Origin: an uncultured Fibrobacteria bacterium
GTDB lineage: Bacteria; Fibrobacterota; Fibrobacteria; UBA11236
Reading direction: 5' to 3'
Length of the DNA: 64,000 bases
Assembly: GCA_963716395.1 (NCBI GenBank)
Contig: OY970309.1
Span: forward strand, 3,328,001 to 3,392,000
The notes beneath the pieces are model-generated. The model ran no database searches and had not been told where the DNA came from. It was given only the letters and a program-made list of their open reading frames with translations. Both the position numbers and the translations under genes were made by a program. Positions 58,415 through 64,000 of the stretch are shown one piece after another; the first letter of the stretch is position 1, and every line of letters starts with the position of its first letter.

Positions 58415-59794
58415 ATGCAAGCGATGCTGCACAGCCTTCGTGCGTATGGACAGGAGCATCTGCTGCGCTTCTGGCCGGAATTAAACGATGCACAGCGCGG
58501 GGAATTGCGGCGCGACATCGCCGCGGTCGATTTCGAATTTCTGGTGCGACTGCGGCGCGAAGCGGCCGCCACCTCGGTGGTATCCAGAGACGAAGACATT
58601 CGCCCGCTGCCGGGTCGAACCTGGCAGGCCCTGGAACTGGGCGAGCGCGCCGCCGCGGCCAATGCCGGCATGCGCTGCTTGCGCGAGGGCAAGGCTGCGG
58701 CCTGCGTGGTCGCCGGAGGTCAGGGAACGCGCCTGGGCCTCGACGGGCCCAAGGGCACGCTGGATATCGGCTTGCCTTCGGGAAAATCGTTGTTTCAATT
58801 GCAAGCCGAACGCTTGCTGTCTTTATCGCGCCGCAGCGGACGACCGATTCCCTGGTATGTCATGACCAGCCGCGCCAACCATGATGACACCGTCGCGTTC
58901 TTCACGACGCAGCAGTTCTTCGGCATCGCGCGTGATTTGATTTTCTTCTTTCCCCAAGGCGAACTGCCGATTATTGACGAACAGGGAAAAATCCTGCTGG
59001 CGGAGAAACACCGTCTGGCCATGGGGCCCAACGGCAATGGCGGCTGCTTTACGGCCTTACAGCAAAGCGGCGCACTGGAGGATATGCGCCGTCGCGGCGT
59101 GGAATGGTTGTTTCTCTACGGGGTGGACAATGCCCTGATACGGGTTTGCGATCCGCATTTATTGGGGTTCGCCGCGGCCAGCGACTTGCCGATCGCGAGC
59201 AAGGCCGTGGCCAAAGCTTCGGCGCAAGAACCCGTGGGCGTCTTCTGTCTGCGCGACGGCCGGCCCGCGGTGCTGGAGTACAGCGAAATCCCGCCGGAAC
59301 TGCGCGAAGCCCGTGACGCGCAGGGTGGGCTCGTCTTTCGCAGCGCCAACATCGCCACCCACCTATTCCGCACCGACTTTCTCGCCGCGCAGGCGTCGCG
59401 CCCCCTGCCCTTTCACCTGGCGCGCAAAAAAATTTCCGCGGTCGATGCCGAGGGGCGGGTACAAAAACCTGATGCTCCCAATGCCTGCAAATTCGAGATG
59501 TTTCTGTTCGATCTGTTCCCACGTGCTCCCGGCATGGCGCTGCTCGAAGTGGAACGCAACGAAGAATTCGCACCCGTGAAGAACCATTCGGCTACGTCGG
59601 AGACCGACAATCCGCGGACGGCACGCGCATTGATATTGGGATTGCATCGAAATTGGGCGCAGGCGGCGGGCTTCCGCGACGCGGAATTGGCCGGCTGGGA
59701 GGTGGAAGTTTCTCCGCTCACGTCCTACGCCGGCGAAAGGCTGACGCGTTCCGCCTTTCACCGCGATGCGGAACGTCCCGTGCTGTGGGCCTAA
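58415..59794 (+). CDS. UDP-N-acetylhexosamine pyrophosphorylase (UDPGP/UAP1 family)
   Basis: VAGGQGTRLG..GPKG, KSLFQLQAERL, WYVMTS, PNGNGG, VDN.L, VLEYSE, KFEMFLFD, EFAPVKN. Confidence 0.9.
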   Translation: MQAMLHSLRAYGQEHLLRFWPELNDAQRGELRRDIAAVDFEFLVRLRREAAATSVVSRDEDIRPLPGRTWQALELGERAAAANAGMRCLREGKAAACVVAGGQGTRLGLDGPKGTLDIGLPSGKSLFQLQAERLLSLSRRSGRPIPWYVMTSRANHDDTVAFFTTQQFFGIARDLIFFFPQGELPIIDEQGKILLAEKHRLAMGPNGNGGCFTALQQSGALEDMRRRGVEWLFLYGVDNALIRVCDPHLLGFAAASDLPIASKAVAKASAQEPVGVFCLRDGRPAVLEYSEIPPELREARDAQGGLVFRSANIATHLFRTDFLAAQASRPLPFHLARKKISAVDAEGRVQKPDAPNACKFEMFLFDLFPRAPGMALLEVERNEEFAPVKNHSATSETDNPRTARALILGLHRNWAQAAGFRDAELAGWEVEVSPLTSYAGERLTRSAFHRDAERPVLWA

Positions 59795-60639
59795 ATCAGG
59801 TCTTCCGTCCCGGCTACGACACGGCCGGATTCGTCGCCGCGGGGTTTTTGCGCGGTCTGTCCCGACTACCACCACGCATCGTGGTGAAAGTAGGATCTCC
59901 CCTGCTGCCGGTTTATCGTTTTTTCCGTCCGCATTGGCGCCGTCGCTGGAGCGATCTTTCCCGCGCGGTTCCGCTGGCCTGGCCCTCTTTGGCCCAATAC
60001 TACCGCATGCGGTTGCGGCTGGCGACTTTGGCGTTGCGCCAGCTCACCGGACATGTGCACGACCAACCCATCCGCTGCATCGGCGCCGGGCATTACCACG
60101 CCGCGCTCGCCAGCGGTCGTCCCTTAGCCTTGGTGGGCTGGCATCAAGGGCCGGTGGAGCTGCTGCACCGCCTCCCCCAGGCGCCCGCGGACGGCCGCCC
60201 CTTCCTGGTCTTGACCGCATCCGCCTTTGCGGCGCCGCTCACCCGTTTTCTGGCCGCCGGCCGCCGCCAACCCGGCAAACAAGTTGTGCTTGAATCCGCG
60301 CTGCATTCCTCCCTGCGCGCCTGGGTGCGGCACCGCGGAGTGCTGGCTTTTATGGCCGATCAGATTCCAGGCCAACCCCGGGATTTTTTCACGTTATGGG
60401 GATCGTTACGTCTGCCCTATGCGGCTGCCTTGGTCGAATTCTGCGCGCGCCACCAGGCCATGGTACTGCCGGTGCACACGCGTCTCGACCGTAACGAGGT
60501 CATCTTTGAAATCGGCGCCCCCTTGAATGCGCCCGCGCCTTCGGCTCTGAAAGAAGGTTTACAGAGAGCGATGGAAAAGGCTCTGGCCGAAGCGCCGGAT
60601 CAATACAACTGGTCATACCGCAAAATCCACGTGGTCTGA
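59785..60639 (+). CDS. LpxL/lysophospholipid acyltransferase family protein
   Basis: HQGPVE (Hx4E), MADQ, C-terminal APDQYNWSYRK. Start set at the GTG overlapping the upstream stop; uncertain. Confidence 0.75.
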   Translation: MGLNQVFRPGYDTAGFVAAGFLRGLSRLPPRIVVKVGSPLLPVYRFFRPHWRRRWSDLSRAVPLAWPSLAQYYRMRLRLATLALRQLTGHVHDQPIRCIGAGHYHAALASGRPLALVGWHQGPVELLHRLPQAPADGRPFLVLTASAFAAPLTRFLAAGRRQPGKQVVLESALHSSLRAWVRHRGVLAFMADQIPGQPRDFFTLWGSLRLPYAAALVEFCARHQAMVLPVHTRLDRNEVIFEIGAPLNAPAPSALKEGLQRAMEKALAEAPDQYNWSYRKIHVV

Positions 60640-60677
60640 CGGAAGGCCCGGCGCGATCCGAGGCGAACACGCCCGGG

Positions 60678-63600
60678 TCAGCGGTATTCTTCCGGCACCA
60701 GTTTTTTGTCGCCGCCGTGCTTCATGAACTGGCGGAAATATTGCTTGGCTTGATCCTTGTCATATTTATGCGCTGCAATGGTGGCGATGAAAAAATAGCC
60801 GCCGGGCTCGTCGGGACAATTGTTGATGGCCGTCCGGCTGCTTTGCTGCGAAGACTCGTAATTGCCCGCTAAGTACTGGACTTTGGCCGCGCTTAAATTT
60901 AAGTCGCACGAGTTCGGGTCTTTGGCCAACGCCTGTTTGATGGACTTCAGCGCATCCGTGGCGTGCCCTTCGATCATTAAGGCTTCGCTCAGCACGCCCA
61001 CCGCCTCGGTCTCATCGGGATTCAATTCCAACGCATGGCGGGCTTCTTTTTCGGCCAATTCGGTTTTGTGCTCGCGCATATAGACGCGGCTCAGCATGCC
61101 CGCCGCTTCGGGAGTTTCCTTGGCGAGCAGCGACTTGTGCAGATAGTTTTCGGTGGCTTCCAGTTCGTGTTTGGCATCGAAGCCCATGGCGATGCCCAAG
61201 AAGCCTTTGGCCTGCCACACGGGATTGCGGTTTACCGACAGCTCTTTGAAATAATCCTCGGCATCGGAGACTTCGTCCCGCTTGAGCAGGCACAAGCCGC
61301 TGTAATAGGCCGCGTCCTGCAAATCGTCGTTGTATTTCAACGCGCGACTGAAATCATTCTGCGCCTTGCGCCATTCGCGGCTTTCATACCAACTCATGCC
61401 GCGGCGATAGTAGTAATTGGCGTTGTATTCGCTTTTGTCGATGAGGCCATCGAGCAAGCTGCGCGCCTTATCCGGCTGGTGATCGGCAAGATAAACCTTG
61501 GCCAGGCTGAACTGAATGTTGCTGTCCTTGGGCGTGCTGGCGTTCTGCAGGACGGACATGGCTTCTTTCACATTCCCCAGCGAAAGCTGCAAATCCGCGA
61601 TCTTCGAGAGCACGGCCGGCGTGGGCGTTTGCGCGTACACGCTGTTGAACTGGGCCAGGGCCGCATCGCTGCGGCCGCCTTTCAACAGGCAATCGCCGTA
61701 CATCAATTTGCCGTCGGTCGAGAGAGAATTACGCGCCGCCTCCAGCACCGGAATCGCTTCATTGCAGGCGTCTTTGGCCACCAGCATGCGGGCCAGGGCC
61801 TCCGCGTATTCGCCGTTGCCCGGTGAAAGCTGAAAGGCCTTGCGGTAATGATCTTCGGCCACGCCCGGCTGATTGCGGTCTTCAGAAATTTGGCCCAGGC
61901 CGTATTGGGCCCAGGGGTTTTTCGGATCTTTCGCCAGCATTTGGTTGAGCAGGTTCTCGGCTTTGGCGGCGTCGCCTTCCTGCTGGTAAATGCGCGCCAG
62001 GCTCGCCAGCATGCGCGAATCCGTCACGCCTAAATCAAGGGCGCGTTGCAGGGCGTGTTTAGCTTCGGGGGTACGCTTGAGTTCCAATAACGAATATCCG
62101 TCATTGACCCAGGCCTGCTTGTCATCGGGCTTTTGCTGCAGCACGCGCCCGTACAGATCGGCCGCAGCGGAATAATTGCGTTCCTGAAAACGGATGTCGG
62201 CCAGGGCCGATCCGGCTTCCAGGTTGTCCGGGTCGACTTTAATCACGTCGGCATAGGCGGAGGGCAACTCCGCCGTCAGATGGAGATCGCGCGTCAACTC
62301 CATGCGATCGACGGCCAACTCCCGATTTTGCGGCTGCAATTTCAAGGCCCGTTTGTAAGCCTGAAGCGCGGGCATGGAGCGCTTCAGGGCGCGGTAGGCG
62401 TCGCCCAAGGACTGCCAGGCGTGCGCGCTGTCGGGGTAATGTGAGGTTCCGATTTCCAGCAGGCGTACGGCGCGCGGCCACTCCTTGCGGTCGGCCAGCA
62501 TCATGCCGAGCTGCAAATTGGCTTCCGGCTGTTCCGGATTCTGTTTCAAAATGAGGTTGTACTGCTCCTCGGCCTTTGGCGCGTTTCCGCCCGCGAGATA
62601 GAAGGCCGCCAATTCACTGCGGTAATCGAGATTGCGCCCGTGCAGAGCCAATAACCGTTCCAAGGTCCTGACAATACCGTCGGGTTGTTTGGCCTGTTTA
62701 TACAGGCCGTACAGTTTGACCAGCGCTTGATCATCCTTGGTCTTGGAATAATCGTTTTCATATACGGTGATGGCCTGCGATACATTACCCGTTTGCACAT
62801 AGGCGTCGGCCAGCATGGGCAAGGCATCGGGTTTGTAATTCTGGGCATGCTCCAGCGCCTGGGCCGCATGCTGCCAATCCTTGGCCGCGTACTCGATTTT
62901 TCCCAGATAATAGAAGCCTTCGGGTCCGCTGTTCTCTCCGGTGTAAGACTCGAGAATTTCCCGGGCCTGCTGGTTCTTGTGCTGGTCATAGAACAGAATG
63001 GCCAGTGGCAGGGATTTTTTGGCTTCGGAGGGGTAGCGGCGCAGCAAGTCCGGTCCGAGCAATGCGGCCCGATCGCGTTGCCCGGTTCTGAAATAGGCAT
63101 CGAGCAGCATGAACGACAACGACGCATCGAGCGTGTCGCGCAATTCGGGACGCGAAAGAATGCTTGCGGCTGCGGCCGGATCGTCGAGTTCGTCGTCCAG
63201 CCGCGCCAGCGAAACCGCATACGCGCGGTTGGAGGGCTTGAGCGCATACAGGGTTTGCATGCGCGCGCGGGCCGACTTCTTGTCGCTTTCGGCTTGGTAG
63301 ATGTCGTATAAGCCTTTGTTGATCGCCTCGTCGCGCGGCATGCGGCGATCGGCCTGCAAGAGCGGAGGCTTGGCCTTGGCCGTTTGCCCGGCATCAAGCA
63401 GCAGCAACCCGTATTCTTTTTGGAACTCGGCTTTCTGCGGAGCAAGGCTCACGGCACGCGTGTAATATTCGATGGCTTTGCCTTTATCCCCTTGTTGGCG
63501 AAAGGCGTCGGCGGCCGCGCCCGCAGCTTCGGCGTCTTTGGGCTGCAAATCCGAAATTCGGCCCAACGCCTCGGCGAGCTTGTCCGCATGGCGCTGCTTG

Positions 63601-64000
63601 CGATAGGCGTCGGCCAGCAAGGTCCAGGGGCGGAGATTATTCGGTTCGAGATCGGTCCAGCGCTGCAGCAGCGAAACCGCGGCATCGGTGCGGCCTAAGG
63701 TCATGCTGATTTCCGCGGCATTGCGCAAAGAAGGCAGATGCTGGTCGTTCTTGGCGAGAATTTTGTTGTACAAGTCCAATGCCGGTTGGGTGTTGCCCAG
63801 GGAAACGGCGTAATCGTATTCCACGTTTTCGTCGTCGGGAAAGGACGCATAGCCCTGTCGCAGCAACGCGCTGCGGTAAGGTGAATCGGTTTTCTTGGCA
63901 TAGGCGTAGGCCTTATCGAACAGGGCCCGGTTTTTTTTGTCGTGGTTCACGGCCTGGACATAGGCGGCGTTGGCATCCTTCGATCTTTTCAGCTTCGCGT
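60678..64000 (-). CDS. Very large TPR-repeat protein (5' end outside the window)
   Basis: More than 1100 aa of continuous TPR helices; the frame stays open from 63950 to the window edge. Confidence 0.9.
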   Translation of the reverse strand, partial: AKLKRSKDANAAYVQAVNHDKKNRALFDKAYAYAKKTDSPYRSALLRQGYASFPDDENVEYDYAVSLGNTQPALDLYNKILAKNDQHLPSLRNAAEISMTLGRTDAAVSLLQRWTDLEPNNLRPWTLLADAYRKQRHADKLAEALGRISDLQPKDAEAAGAAADAFRQQGDKGKAIEYYTRAVSLAPQKAEFQKEYGLLLLDAGQTAKAKPPLLQADRRMPRDEAINKGLYDIYQAESDKKSARARMQTLYALKPSNRAYAVSLARLDDELDDPAAAASILSRPELRDTLDASLSFMLLDAYFRTGQRDRAALLGPDLLRRYPSEAKKSLPLAILFYDQHKNQQAREILESYTGENSGPEGFYYLGKIEYAAKDWQHAAQALEHAQNYKPDALPMLADAYVQTGNVSQAITVYENDYSKTKDDQALVKLYGLYKQAKQPDGIVRTLERLLALHGRNLDYRSELAAFYLAGGNAPKAEEQYNLILKQNPEQPEANLQLGMMLADRKEWPRAVRLLEIGTSHYPDSAHAWQSLGDAYRALKRSMPALQAYKRALKLQPQNRELAVDRMELTRDLHLTAELPSAYADVIKVDPDNLEAGSALADIRFQERNYSAAADLYGRVLQQKPDDKQAWVNDGYSLLELKRTPEAKHALQRALDLGVTDSRMLASLARIYQQEGDAAKAENLLNQMLAKDPKNPWAQYGLGQISEDRNQPGVAEDHYRKAFQLSPGNGEYAEALARMLVAKDACNEAIPVLEAARNSLSTDGKLMYGDCLLKGGRSDAALAQFNSVYAQTPTPAVLSKIADLQLSLGNVKEAMSVLQNASTPKDSNIQFSLAKVYLADHQPDKARSLLDGLIDKSEYNANYYYRRGMSWYESREWRKAQNDFSRALKYNDDLQDAAYYSGLCLLKRDEVSDAEDYFKELSVNRNPVWQAKGFLGIAMGFDAKHELEATENYLHKSLLAKETPEAAGMLSRVYMREHKTELAEKEARHALELNPDETEAVGVLSEALMIEGHATDALKSIKQALAKDPNSCDLNLSAAKVQYLAGNYESSQQSSRTAINNCPDEPGGYFFIATIAAHKYDKDQAKQYFRQFMKHGGDKKLVPEEYR

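Overview
A GC-rich bacterial chromosomal segment. Gene content and a T9SS-like C-terminal sorting domain suggest the FCB superphylum, possibly Fibrobacterota; this is inference only. Most of the window is housekeeping and envelope genes. These include tRNA-Glu and queA, hemE, a large BNR-repeat secreted protein, a TolC/MacAB-type exporter, a nirK(+cytochrome c)-nirV-SCO cluster, GTP-PEPCK, two DEAD-box helicases, a two-component system, aroF, a BamA/TamA-family locus, an ECF sigma factor and a NifA-like sigma54 activator. A long + strand run (pepA-guaA-hflX-DUF58-BatA-aroE-aroKB-SDR-mraY-UAP-acyltransferase) and a very large TPR protein end the window. The standout is a ~1.15 kb locus at 20744-21890. 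An intact tRNA-Asn(GTT) is flanked on the left by three 84-bp repeats of its own 5' half and on the right by 340-bp repeats of its 3' half, each with a small GIY-YIG nuclease gene. In all five partial tRNA copies the same six anticodon-arm bases (CGACTG) are replaced by the 15-bp palindrome TCCGCC-GCA-GGCGGA. The matching 3-left/3-right layout, with the outermost copies decayed, fits a ~430-bp element that carries a spare tRNA and inserts repeatedly into its own tRNA (nested, homing-like). Other notable items are two sigma54 promoters (nirK, ECF sigma), an orphan sRNA candidate, OmpR/PhoB-type direct repeats, and an apparently catalytically dead SDR.
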